Shown: positions 46,666 through 56,272 of the stretch, one piece after another
Layout: each line of letters opens with the position of its first letter
Position numbering within the stretch: the first letter of the stretch is position 1
Translations under genes and position numbers: made by a program
The notes under the pieces: generated by a model
Database searches by the model: none
What the model was told of the DNA's origin: nothing
What the model saw: the letters and a program-made list of their open reading frames with translations, nothing else
Virus record (IMG/VR): IMGVR_UViG_3300027782_000027
Coordinates: 1-64,000 of that record
Strand: one strand, 5' to 3'
DNA length: 64,000 nt

Positions 46666-46734
46666 AAAGATATTAATAAAAATTTATTAGGACAAATTGA
46701 ATTTACCAATAAGTATTATTATACTTAAATTGTT

Positions 46735-46986
46735 ATGTCAGAAAACAAAATACAAATATCAGAAAAATATAGAAATGATGTTAAGGGATTGACTCATGAT
46801 AAACTTATATTAGTTCCTTTGGAGGTATTAGAGAGTTTATGTGATTTTTATACATGGAAAGAATTTATGTCAAATCCATACTTTATTGAAGAACAATCAT
46901 CTCCAATCATTAAAAAATATGATAAAGTGAAGTTTTCGTTTGATGACGAATGGGATAATTATAGTGGAACACATTTTGGGTATTAA
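46735..46986 (+). CDS. hypothetical protein
   Basis: 83-aa ORF. Confidence 0.65.
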   Translation: MSENKIQISEKYRNDVKGLTHDKLILVPLEVLESLCDFYTWKEFMSNPYFIEEQSSPIIKKYDKVKFSFDDEWDNYSGTHFGY

Positions 46987-46988
46987 TT

Positions 46989-47165
46989 ATGTTTGTAATC
47001 GTTAAATTTATAAAAAACAAAAAAGGAGTTGAGATGCCAGTCATCCTTCTAAACATCCATGATGAAATCTTGGAGTTTAATACCTATGAAGAAGCTGAAA
47101 TAACAAAAGAATTATTTGAGAAAAATTCTGATTCAGGTCATAAGTATATTGTCAAAGAACTTTAA
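46989..47165 (+). CDS. 58-aa hypothetical protein (not in the ORF track)
   Basis: MFVIVKFIKNKKGVEMPVILLN..., abuts the previous gene. Confidence 0.6.
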   Translation: MFVIVKFIKNKKGVEMPVILLNIHDEILEFNTYEEAEITKELFEKNSDSGHKYIVKEL

Positions 47166-47204
47166 TATTGTCACAAATTTAATCTATATTTGTGACAAAT
47201 AAAT

Positions 47205-47278
47205 GCCTTCGTAGCTCAGTAGGATAGAGCAACAGATTTCTAATCTGTGGGCCAGGGGTTCGAATCCCTTCGGGGGTA
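47205..47278 (+). tRNA. tRNA-Arg (anticodon TCT)
   Basis: GCCTTCG acceptor, TAGCTCAG..GGATAGAGC D arm, ACAGA-TTTCTAA-TCTGT anticodon arm, GGTTCGAATCC T arm; CCA not encoded; promoter and terminator flank it. Confidence 0.93.
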
Positions 47279-47284
47279 CTATTT

Positions 47285-47311
47285 AAAAAGGGTAAATTTT
47301 TACCCTTTTTT
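47285..47311 (+). terminator. intrinsic terminator after the tRNA
   Basis: AAAAAGGGTAAA...TTTACCCTTTTT. Confidence 0.8.
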
Positions 47312-47363
47312 ATTTTTACTAATATTTATCAATTAGTGATATAAAAATTTAAAGAAAAAAACG

Positions 47364-47981
47364 GTGAAGGAAATTATACCAACAATTATTACATCAGTAA
47401 CATCTATCATTATAGCATTAATTACCGCAGGGGTTTTTAACATGATGAAAGAAAAAAGAGCGAAACAAAACTCAAGAAACAAACTTTCACAACAAATAGA
47501 AACAGACGAAATTGTTCATTCTACGTTAAGAGAAATAAGAAGAAAATATAACGCAGATAGAATATATGTCATCCAATTTCACAATGGTGGTAATTTTTAT
47601 ACATCGTCAGCAATGCAAAAAGCCTCAGTTACATATGAAAGATGTTCTGACGGACTTGAAAGAATAACTGAAAAAATACAAAATGTATTTGTAAGTCACT
47701 ATAATTGGTTGATTAAACAAACTATGGAGCACGGATTGTTTATTCACGATTGTGAGCATATTTCCGATATATCAACAAGAGCATTAATTAAAAAGTTTGG
47801 AACACAGTCTATGGTAGCATTACCAATTACGGATAAAGATAATCATTTGATTGCTCTTCTTTGTATGGATTGGGTATTCAGTGAGCATGTTGAGATATAT
47901 TGTGAAAATGAGGAGTTTACAAAGACTTTTGTTGAAGAATTTAAAACTGATACCGAATCGGTTAAAAACTTTTTGATTTAA
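47364..47981 (+). CDS. N-terminal TM plus GAF-like domain protein; candidate T4 T-type holin
   Basis: single TM, then ADRIYVIQFHNG...SMVALPI....LIALLCMD; near the endolysin. Confidence 0.55.
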   Translation: MKEIIPTIITSVTSIIIALITAGVFNMMKEKRAKQNSRNKLSQQIETDEIVHSTLREIRRKYNADRIYVIQFHNGGNFYTSSAMQKASVTYERCSDGLERITEKIQNVFVSHYNWLIKQTMEHGLFIHDCEHISDISTRALIKKFGTQSMVALPITDKDNHLIALLCMDWVFSEHVEIYCENEEFTKTFVEEFKTDTESVKNFLI

Positions 47982-48745
47982 TAATCTAAATCAAAGTTTG
48001 GGTTACTAGCCCTATTACCAACCCATCCAGCGGTATCTATTTCATAAAAATATTCGGTATTATATTCTAAATCTTCAGTTGTCTCAACTTCTATTGCTAT
48101 TGGTAGTGCATATATAAATATAGTTTCATTTGTCTCTTCATAATCTGTGATTGTGTCAGAGTCAATTTTGTCATATCTGTTAAGTTTACTAACTTCTGAT
48201 TTTAATTCTTCATTAATACTAAAATAAATGTCTAATTTTAATTCGTAAGCATCGCTTTTTTGTTGTTCACCTGTACCACTACAGTCATAACAATCTTCAT
48301 GACCGCTACCCCCACAGGTATCACAATCACTTTTACCACCACCATCACAATTTCCACATGTTTCACCTTCTTCGTTTTCACCTTCACCACCACAATCAGA
48401 ACATTCTACTTCACCTGAACCATCACATTCACTGCAACTAATCTCACCATCACCACCACAGTAATCACAGCTTTCCTGAACTTCAGTATCAAATACATTG
48501 GCAATTGCGTAGGTAAATCTTTCATTATCTACTTTCCATAATATTGATTCAAATTCTTTTTCACCATTATTAATAGCACCGATTAAAAATACCAATTTAA
48601 CAAAATCCCATCCTTCTAACACGGACATCATTTGTTGATACGGGCCTTTACTGCTATTTAATTTTCTTGATATTTGTGCGACATTTGTATCTTTAATCGA
48701 TAAAGATAACTTTTGAGCAATTCTAATTAATTTATTGTTTTCCAT
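47978..48745 (-). CDS. DnaJ-type CxxCxGxG zinc-finger repeat protein
   Basis: six CxxCxGxG repeats. Confidence 0.8.
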   Translation of the reverse strand: MENNKLIRIAQKLSLSIKDTNVAQISRKLNSSKGPYQQMMSVLEGWDFVKLVFLIGAINNGEKEFESILWKVDNERFTYAIANVFDTEVQESCDYCGGDGEISCSECDGSGEVECSDCGGEGENEEGETCGNCDGGGKSDCDTCGGSGHEDCYDCSGTGEQQKSDAYELKLDIYFSINEELKSEVSKLNRYDKIDSDTITDYEETNETIFIYALPIAIEVETTEDLEYNTEYFYEIDTAGWVGNRASNPNFDLDY

Positions 48746-48772
48746 AATATTTATAAATATACCATTTTTATA

Positions 48773-50434
48773 ATGAATAAAAAACAATTACACGAACAAT
48801 CGTTAAAGGAACTACGTAAGTTAGAATATATCTTTGAGGAGGAATCAACTGCAAGACCTGTTGCAACAAGTGTTAAAAGTCACTTGGAAGGTTTAGGATA
48901 CGAAACTAAAAGAACAATGGCGGAAGTTGGTGATTTAACTCCTGAATTTGGGGACACCTTAAAAGATGTCGGAAGTGCATTTAAACAAAAATTACCTGAT
49001 TTAAAAATAAAGTTTGGTTCAGGTAGAGATTTATTTCATAAAGCATATCCAAATAGTAGACACAATAAAGGTAATGCTATTGATGTTGTATTCAAAGGAA
49101 TTGAAAAAGGTGATGATGATGAATTAAATAAAATCTCAACTTTACTATGTGCGTTAAGAAAAAAATACCCCGGATTTACATTTATTGATGAGTATAGAAG
49201 ACCAAGTAGATTCTCAACAGGAGTTCATTATCATTTATCATATTCAGATAGTAAAACAGATGAAGGTGGTGGAACCTCTCAATTTTGTTCGTCCCTAAAA
49301 AACTTAGATAATTTAGAAGATATTGATTTTGAAAAAATTGATAACCTACAAACAACAGAAACAACAAAAGACCCTAGTAAATTAGAGAAGTTCTTAGATT
49401 ATATTGGATTAGGAAGTTTAACTGATATTAAATCAGGTGATAAAGAAAGTCAAAAAGAATTGGTATCAAAGGTTCAAGATAAAGAAGATGTTAAAGATAC
49501 TGATGACGGATTTGAAATCTTTGGATATAATGTTGACGATATAATAAATAAAATTGATGACATTTTACCTCAATTTGAGTCGGAACAAAAGAGAAAGAAT
49601 ATTTTAGAAACTCTTGCAATTAGAGATATTTCAGGAATGTCAACTTACGGAAGGAAAAATGAAAAACTTAAATCAAGAGATTTTTTTGTTATCCACCATA
49701 CCGCAGGTAGAGGTGATGCTGAAAAAGTTGTTGGTATTCTTAACAGTAGAAAAGGTGGATTAGGAGTTCAGTGGGTTATAGAAAGAGATGGGTCAATTGT
49801 TAGAACATTACCAAGTGGAAGTAGAGGCGCACACACTTTAAATTCAAGTGATTTCCCATCGGCACCACAAGGAATTAATAATTCTAACGCTGAAGGTGTT
49901 GAAGTTATTGGTATGAATGATGAGGACATTTTACCAGTACAAGCGGTTTCAGCACTTAAATTAGTTAAATCTTTGGGGTATAGTCCTGATAGTATTTACG
50001 GTCATGGTGAAATAAATCCGGGGCATAAAGCAAAAACTGAGGGTCAAACAATCAAACAATTCATTTTAAAAAATTGGGGTAATAGTGAATCTGATTATGA
50101 TTATTCTATGTTTGAAAATAGGGGAATTGATGTTGAGGCGGAAACAAAGAATATTAAAGAACCAAGTAAATTGGATTCATTTTTAGATGCCGTTGGATTA
50201 GGAAGTCTGACAGGGGCTAAAGCTGGTGATAAAGAAAGTCAAAAAGAATTAGTTTCAAAGGTTGAGAATGAAAAAGACGTTAAAGATACTGGCGATGGAT
50301 TTGAAATTTTTGGATATAAAGTTGACGATATATTAGATAAAATTGGTGATTTATTACCTCAATTTGAATCAGAACAAGAAAAAAAGAATCTTTTAGAAGA
50401 TATTGAAAGAATTAAATCAAAAATGATTAAATAA
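48773..50434 (+). CDS. two-domain cell-wall hydrolase: M15-like peptidase plus Amidase_2
   Basis: SRH..GNAID...HYHLS; VIHHTAG...GAH...GVEVIG...YGHGEI. Confidence 0.8.
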   Translation: MNKKQLHEQSLKELRKLEYIFEEESTARPVATSVKSHLEGLGYETKRTMAEVGDLTPEFGDTLKDVGSAFKQKLPDLKIKFGSGRDLFHKAYPNSRHNKGNAIDVVFKGIEKGDDDELNKISTLLCALRKKYPGFTFIDEYRRPSRFSTGVHYHLSYSDSKTDEGGGTSQFCSSLKNLDNLEDIDFEKIDNLQTTETTKDPSKLEKFLDYIGLGSLTDIKSGDKESQKELVSKVQDKEDVKDTDDGFEIFGYNVDDIINKIDDILPQFESEQKRKNILETLAIRDISGMSTYGRKNEKLKSRDFFVIHHTAGRGDAEKVVGILNSRKGGLGVQWVIERDGSIVRTLPSGSRGAHTLNSSDFPSAPQGINNSNAEGVEVIGMNDEDILPVQAVSALKLVKSLGYSPDSIYGHGEINPGHKAKTEGQTIKQFILKNWGNSESDYDYSMFENRGIDVEAETKNIKEPSKLDSFLDAVGLGSLTGAKAGDKESQKELVSKVENEKDVKDTGDGFEIFGYKVDDILDKIGDLLPQFESEQEKKNLLEDIERIKSKMIK

Positions 50435-50460
50435 AAAAAGGGACTGAAAAGTCCCTTTTT
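50433..50460. terminator. bidirectional terminator between the hydrolase and tmRNA
   Basis: AAAAAAAGGGACT-GAAA-AGTCCCTTTT. Confidence 0.85.
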
Positions 50461-50463
50461 AAT

Positions 50464-50856
50464 TGGTGGAGGTGCTGGGTTTCGAACCCAGGTCCAAAAA
50501 TGTTTACGATAAAACACTACACGTTTAGGTCATTGTTTTTCTAAACAATCCGAAACTTCACAATTCCCTTATTTTATAGTGGTTCGGTTTACTGAGAACT
50601 AATCCTCCACTTTGTTCCTTTTCGGATAGAAACCACACCACGGTACGAGCTTCTGTTTCAAGGCGTATGCTTACCGGCCCATTGTATACTAATCTTAGAT
50701 TAGGCTACAGATACTTCTTCAGTACGGATTAAACCGAGTGTAGAAAGTTTTGCAATTGTGTTGCCGTTTGTTTTTTAAACCAGTTTTACAGGGTTAGTTT
50801 AGCCCCGACGTGCGTTTTATAATAAATTCATTCCTGTCAAATCCAGAAACACCCCC
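50464..50856 (-). ncRNA. ssrA: tmRNA
   Basis: 5' GGGGGTGTTTCTGGATTTGACAGG; 3' CTGGGTTCGAAACCCAGCACCTCCACCA; tag ORF 50765-50700; TATCTTTG promoter upstream. Confidence 0.92.
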
Positions 50857-50930
50857 ATAAATCAAAGAACTATGTTACAAAGATATAAATATATTCTTCT
50901 TTTACCAAGTATTTATTTAAAAAAAGTTTA

Positions 50931-52010
50931 ATGAGTCAACTTTATCAAGCATTAAAAGATTTTACGGAAGGTTTAGCTACTGCAAATTTTGTTAGATACG
51001 AAGACGATGAAGATATTTTACGTATTACAAGAATAAATGAAAAAAATCTTGGTAAATCTTTGGTTTATTTAACATTTGATACTGAGGATTATGTTGACCT
51101 TTTCACTAGAAATAATGATGAAACTAATAACGGTTATTTAATTAGAGTTGCTTTCCAAGGGGGGTATTATGGAGATAATGTTTTCGTTGATGATTATTCC
51201 ATGGATTATGATTGGGATGAGGGTTATTTACTACATTATTTCAATAATGAGAATTTAGATAGGGTCAAACAAATAGTAAAAATATTACGACCTAGTCTTT
51301 CCGTAGAGAATTTAACAGAACATAACGATAAAATTATTGAAATTTGTAAGTGGTTAAAAAATGATTTTTCAAATGAGATAGATAGTATTATTTACGATTA
51401 TTCAAGTGAATATGATGAAGCACTCGTTAAAGGATTAAGACAATATGTTACATCTAAATTATGTAACGCTTTACTTCCTTTAAATATCTTTGAGAAAAAA
51501 TGTACTAATCTCTACATGACAACTGTAGCAATTCTTTTAAATACTTGGGATAAATCTGGTGAAGACAAAGACGCTAAACTTTCAGATATGTTAAAAACAA
51601 GTATTGACCAATTGGGAATACAGTTTGATGAAGATTTATATGAAGATTATTATGCTTATTTTGATAGTCAAAATTATGATGATGAAAGTTTTAACAGAAG
51701 TGTAACTTGGAATCTTGATAAAATCATGGAAAAAATTGAAGATAGTGATAATATTGATTCTTATCGTAAAAACTCTGAAGTACTTGAAAAATTGTCAAAT
51801 TTAAAGTATGGTGATATTGGTAAATGGTATGAATTTCCTCCACAAAAAACATTTGGCGAAAAAACACCAAACAAATTCATAATTCAAGATGTTAATGACG
51901 GAAAAATACTTATTACATATACTGACTATGAAAAAAATCAATTTAACCAAACCGTTAAAATTGATTATGATACTTTCTTAAATTTTTTATATCATCCTGA
52001 ATTGTTTTAA
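50931..52010 (+). CDS. acidic hypothetical protein
   Basis: 359-aa ORF. Confidence 0.75.
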   Translation: MSQLYQALKDFTEGLATANFVRYEDDEDILRITRINEKNLGKSLVYLTFDTEDYVDLFTRNNDETNNGYLIRVAFQGGYYGDNVFVDDYSMDYDWDEGYLLHYFNNENLDRVKQIVKILRPSLSVENLTEHNDKIIEICKWLKNDFSNEIDSIIYDYSSEYDEALVKGLRQYVTSKLCNALLPLNIFEKKCTNLYMTTVAILLNTWDKSGEDKDAKLSDMLKTSIDQLGIQFDEDLYEDYYAYFDSQNYDDESFNRSVTWNLDKIMEKIEDSDNIDSYRKNSEVLEKLSNLKYGDIGKWYEFPPQKTFGEKTPNKFIIQDVNDGKILITYTDYEKNQFNQTVKIDYDTFLNFLYHPELF

Positions 52011-52037
52011 TAGAAAAATGGCTTATCTTTATAAGCT

Positions 52038-52856
52038 ATGATAGAAAATGTTGATTTCTTAAAAAAGGTATTGTCAATACCTACAAAATCATTTAAAGAA
52101 GATTTAATGATTGAATTTTTGGTTGAATATTTAACCGAAAAAAAACACAATTTTAAAGTTGATGACTTTGGAAATGTTTATGTCACAAAAGGTGAAATAA
52201 ACGAGGGTGAATCCTACCCTTGTATTGTTGCACATACCGATACGGTTCATAACATTGACACAATCAATATCCATGAAGAACAACTTAAAGACTCAAAAGG
52301 TAATCCAAGTTTATCACTTAAAGCATATAATGATTTGGGTAACCCGACAGGTATTGGTGGTGATGATAAGTGTGGAGTGTTTGCCTGTCTTCAGTTATTG
52401 GAAGTCTTTGATGTAATTAAAGTTGCTTTATTTGTATCTGAAGAAGTTGGTTGTTTGGGTTCAAAAGAAGCTGACAGGGATTTCTTTAGTAATGTGGGTT
52501 ATGCAATTCAATTTGATGCTCCTGACGATTACATGGTAACAGAATATTGTTATGGTGTTAAAGTATTTGAAACGGATTCTGAATTTGAGACAAAGGCTAA
52601 AAAAGTTCTTTCTGAAGGTATGTTGTCTGAACCAAAATATATGCAACATCCTTACACTGATGTTTGGCAACTTCGTAAGAAGTTTGATTTCTCTTGTATT
52701 AACTTTTCAATCGGATATCACAACTATCACACACCAAATGAATATGTTGTTGTTCATGAAGTTTTTGCTGGTATGAATACAGGTAAAAAACTAATTGAAG
52801 AACTTGGTAAACAGAAATACAAATTCATACATAGTTCACAAGTTTTTAATTTTTAA
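52038..52856 (+). CDS. M20/M28-family zinc peptidase
   Basis: AHTDTV, GGDDKCG, SEEVG, D and YH..HT.NE ligands. Confidence 0.85.
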   Translation: MIENVDFLKKVLSIPTKSFKEDLMIEFLVEYLTEKKHNFKVDDFGNVYVTKGEINEGESYPCIVAHTDTVHNIDTINIHEEQLKDSKGNPSLSLKAYNDLGNPTGIGGDDKCGVFACLQLLEVFDVIKVALFVSEEVGCLGSKEADRDFFSNVGYAIQFDAPDDYMVTEYCYGVKVFETDSEFETKAKKVLSEGMLSEPKYMQHPYTDVWQLRKKFDFSCINFSIGYHNYHTPNEYVVVHEVFAGMNTGKKLIEELGKQKYKFIHSSQVFNF

Positions 52857-52873
52857 TCATAAAAAAAGGGGGT

Positions 52874-54937
52874 TTATTCCCCCTTTTTCTTTCTTGGTCT
52901 TTTCACTTTTGATGTTTCATCAGGTTGAATTTCAATTTCTGATATTGACACTTCTTCCTCATTAATTTCAATATTGTAGGTTTTATCCATTACAATTTTT
53001 TCACGTAATACTTCATCTGAAATGTAGTCTTCAATCTTTTCTTGAATTGCTCTCTTCAAAGGACGCGCTCCGTAAACATCATCAAATCCAACTTTTGAAA
53101 CAAAGTCAATTACTGACTGACCGAAGTTAATGTTATATCCCAATTTTGACAAACGAGATTTCAATTTGTTAACTTCAACCAAAACAATCTTTTGAATATC
53201 GTCATTTTGAAGTGTATTGAATACAATTACCTCATCCAAACGATTGATAAACTCAGGTGCGAAGTGATTCTTCAATTCTTTGTTTAACATTGTTTTCTTA
53301 AGTTCTTCGTTGGTATAAACATTACCTGTCTTACTAAATCCAACACCTGCTCCAAACTCTTGCATCTTTTTCACCCCAAGATTTGATGTCATAATGATTA
53401 GACAGTTCTTGAAATTAATTTTTCTTCCAAAACTATCCGTCATATAACCTTCATCTAATAGTTGAAGTAATGCTGAGAAGATATCTTTGTGTGCTTTCTC
53501 AACCTCGTCAAATAATACCACAGAGTATGGTTTAGTTTTAACTTGTTCTGTAAGTTGTCCACCTTCATCGTATCCTACATAGCCAGGAGGAGAACCAATC
53601 AAACGAGATACAGTATGTTTATCTTGGTACTCAGACATATCAACTCGAATAAGATTTTCATCGCTACCAAAGATTTGTTTTGCTAATTCTTTTGCCAATA
53701 ATGTCTTACCAACACCTGTTGAACCTAAGAATATAAATGAACCAATTGGTTTATTTGGGTCCTTGATACCTAATCTATTTCTACGAATAGATTTCGCAAT
53801 CTTTGTAACCGCTTCTTTTTGTCCGATAACCGATTTATTTAATTCTTCTTCTAAATTAATAAGAGCAATCTTATCATCTAAATTAAGTTTTGTTAAAGGT
53901 ATTTTTGTCATTGTTGACACCACCTCGTAAACCAATTCTTCAGAAATTGTTTTTCTATTATCTAATAAAGTTTGTTCAAACTTTTTCTTTTCAATATCAA
54001 GTTGTGATAAAACTTTCTTTTCTTTATCTCTTAAGTTAGCAGCTTCTTCGTAATTCTGTTTTTTAACAACAAGTAATTTTTGTTGTTTAATCTCTAACGC
54101 CTGACGTTTTAATTCATCAATTATCTCAGGATTTTTTACATCCACCTGAGCTCTTGCTCCGACTTCATCCAAGATGTCAAATGCTTTATCAGGGAACTCT
54201 CTGTCCGTGATATATCGCTCTGCTAAGTCAACACAGATTTGTAGAATATTATCGGTATAATTTACTTTGTGATAATTTTCGTATCTGTCTTTAACATTTT
54301 TAAGGATTTGTAATGTTTCTTCTTTTGTTGATGAACTAACAATTACTTTTTGGAAACGTCTATCCAACGCTCCGTCCTTTTCAATTTGTTTTTTGTATTC
54401 GTCCAATGTAGTAGCTCCAATACATTGTATTTCACCTCTCGATAATGCTGGCTTTAAGATGTTGGATGCGTCCATGGAACCTGAGGCATTACCCGCTCCG
54501 ACAATAGTATGGATTTCATCAATGAATAGAATAACATTTGGGTTTGCTTGAATTTCTTCCAAAATAACCTTTAATCTCTCTTCAAATTGACCACGATACT
54601 TTGTTCCGGCAACAACTGAATTCATTTCTAATGAAAGAATACGTTTGTCAACCAAGTTTCTTGGACAATCACCTTCAAAAATCTTCATTGCTAATCCCTC
54701 AACAATTGCCGTCTTACCACAACCAGGTTCACCGATGATAATTGGGTTATTTTTCTTTCTTCTTGAAAGAATTTGAGCAATACGTAATATTTCGTCTTCC
54801 CTACCAACAACTGGGTCTAACTTACCTTCTTCAGCAAGTTTAATAAGGTCACGACTAAAATTGTCTAAAACAGGTGTACTTGAGTTAACCTCTGCTTTTT
54901 TTGGTAGTTTCCCACCTTCTTCAACTGAATCTGTCAT
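52874..54937 (-). CDS. clpC: ClpC-like AAA+ ATPase lacking the N-terminal Clp-repeat domain
   Basis: GEPGCGKT, FIDEIH, UVR-type M domain, GSTGVGKT, LFDEVEKAH, YGARPL. Confidence 0.92.
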   Translation of the reverse strand: MTDSVEEGGKLPKKAEVNSSTPVLDNFSRDLIKLAEEGKLDPVVGREDEILRIAQILSRRKKNNPIIIGEPGCGKTAIVEGLAMKIFEGDCPRNLVDKRILSLEMNSVVAGTKYRGQFEERLKVILEEIQANPNVILFIDEIHTIVGAGNASGSMDASNILKPALSRGEIQCIGATTLDEYKKQIEKDGALDRRFQKVIVSSSTKEETLQILKNVKDRYENYHKVNYTDNILQICVDLAERYITDREFPDKAFDILDEVGARAQVDVKNPEIIDELKRQALEIKQQKLLVVKKQNYEEAANLRDKEKKVLSQLDIEKKKFEQTLLDNRKTISEELVYEVVSTMTKIPLTKLNLDDKIALINLEEELNKSVIGQKEAVTKIAKSIRRNRLGIKDPNKPIGSFIFLGSTGVGKTLLAKELAKQIFGSDENLIRVDMSEYQDKHTVSRLIGSPPGYVGYDEGGQLTEQVKTKPYSVVLFDEVEKAHKDIFSALLQLLDEGYMTDSFGRKINFKNCLIIMTSNLGVKKMQEFGAGVGFSKTGNVYTNEELKKTMLNKELKNHFAPEFINRLDEVIVFNTLQNDDIQKIVLVEVNKLKSRLSKLGYNINFGQSVIDFVSKVGFDDVYGARPLKRAIQEKIEDYISDEVLREKIVMDKTYNIEINEEEVSISEIEIQPDETSKVKRPRKKKGE

Positions 54938-55025
54938 AAAATAGTTTTTATTAAAATTAAATGAATTTGTTCTTAAATTCAACTACAAATGTAATTCAAA
55001 ATTATTTATCATTAAAAAAAAAGTT

Positions 55026-55268
55026 ATGGCAATCACAAAAGAAACAATCAGTGGAACAAATATTATTTGTGAAATTGAATCATCAAACATTACTAAAACT
55101 GATTTCAACACGGAGAGTAAAAAACTAATTGTTGATTTTAAAACAGGGGCTCAGTACGAGTATGAAGGAGTCCCACATGAAGTTTATACAAGATTTAGAA
55201 TGGCGGAATCACAGGGAAGTTTTTTTAATAAAAACATTTCAAAAACATACAAATATAAAAGATTGTAA
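55026..55268 (+). CDS. KTSC domain protein
   Basis: SSNI....F......L.V.F..G..YEY.GVP..VY..F..AES.GSFFN..I. Confidence 0.88.
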   Translation: MAITKETISGTNIICEIESSNITKTDFNTESKKLIVDFKTGAQYEYEGVPHEVYTRFRMAESQGSFFNKNISKTYKYKRL

Positions 55269-55288
55269 TTAGTTGATATTTATTATTT

Positions 55289-56050
55289 GTGAAAGATAAT
55301 AATATAATCCAAAGTTTTTTTTCTAAAGATGAACTCAACTCAAAAATTTGGGATGAGAATCAAAAATTGAGAAAAGAAGTAAGAGAAAAACTACTTCAAA
55401 CAGCCAATGAATTTATTGATTTTATTGGTGTTCCTTTATTAATTGAAGATGTTATTTTCACAGGTTCTTTAGCAAACTATAATTGGTCTGAGTATTCTGA
55501 CATTGATTTACACGTAGTTTGTGATTTTATTCAATTTTCAGATACTGAATTATCACTTTACGAAGAATTATTTAAAGTTAAAAAAACTATTTTTAATACC
55601 AATCACGATATTAAAATCTTTGGGTATGAAGTTGAACTATATGTTCAAAACGCATCTGAAGCACATTTTAGTTCAGGGGTTTATTCAGTTCTATATGATG
55701 AATGGGATGTAAAACCTGAAAAAGAAGATTCAAATATTGACACTAAAATTCTTAAATCAAAAATTAATCATTGGAAAAGTCAAATTGATACTGTTGTTGA
55801 TAACGCAACTGAAAAGGATATTGATGAGGCTCGAGAATATATTAAAAAGTTTAAAGAGAAACTTAAAAAATATCGTAGTTCAGGTCTTAAAAAAGAAGGT
55901 GAATATTCTTACGAAAATTTGGTGTTTAAATACTTAAGAAGAAGTGATTATTTAGAAAAATTATTTAATTTAGAGAATAATCTTTTAGATAAAGAACTTT
56001 CTTTAATGGAACAAAACATAGATTTTTTACTTAATCTAAAAAAATCCTAA
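55289..56050 (+). CDS. Pol-beta-type nucleotidyltransferase domain protein
   Basis: TGSLANYNWSEYSDIDLH and VELYVQ. Confidence 0.8.
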   Translation: MKDNNIIQSFFSKDELNSKIWDENQKLRKEVREKLLQTANEFIDFIGVPLLIEDVIFTGSLANYNWSEYSDIDLHVVCDFIQFSDTELSLYEELFKVKKTIFNTNHDIKIFGYEVELYVQNASEAHFSSGVYSVLYDEWDVKPEKEDSNIDTKILKSKINHWKSQIDTVVDNATEKDIDEAREYIKKFKEKLKKYRSSGLKKEGEYSYENLVFKYLRRSDYLEKLFNLENNLLDKELSLMEQNIDFLLNLKKS

Positions 56051-56080
56051 TTTTCTGTATATTTATAAAGAAAAAATAAC

Positions 56081-56266
56081 ATGGCAGTATTTTCGTCGGG
56101 AACTTATACTTATAAGTTAATTAATTACACAGGTGTAACTAATTGTGAAGCGTGTACTTCATCAATACAACCACACCCAATATATGGTAGTATGTCAAAT
56201 TCTGCGGACACTATTGTTCAACTAACTGCAATAACCCTTGGCGGATTTAATGGATTAAATAATTAA
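56081..56266 (+). CDS. small hypothetical protein
   Basis: 61-aa ORF after TATTTAT motif. Confidence 0.65.
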   Translation: MAVFSSGTYTYKLINYTGVTNCEACTSSIQPHPIYGSMSNSADTIVQLTAITLGGFNGLNN

Positions 56267-56272
56267 AAAAAA

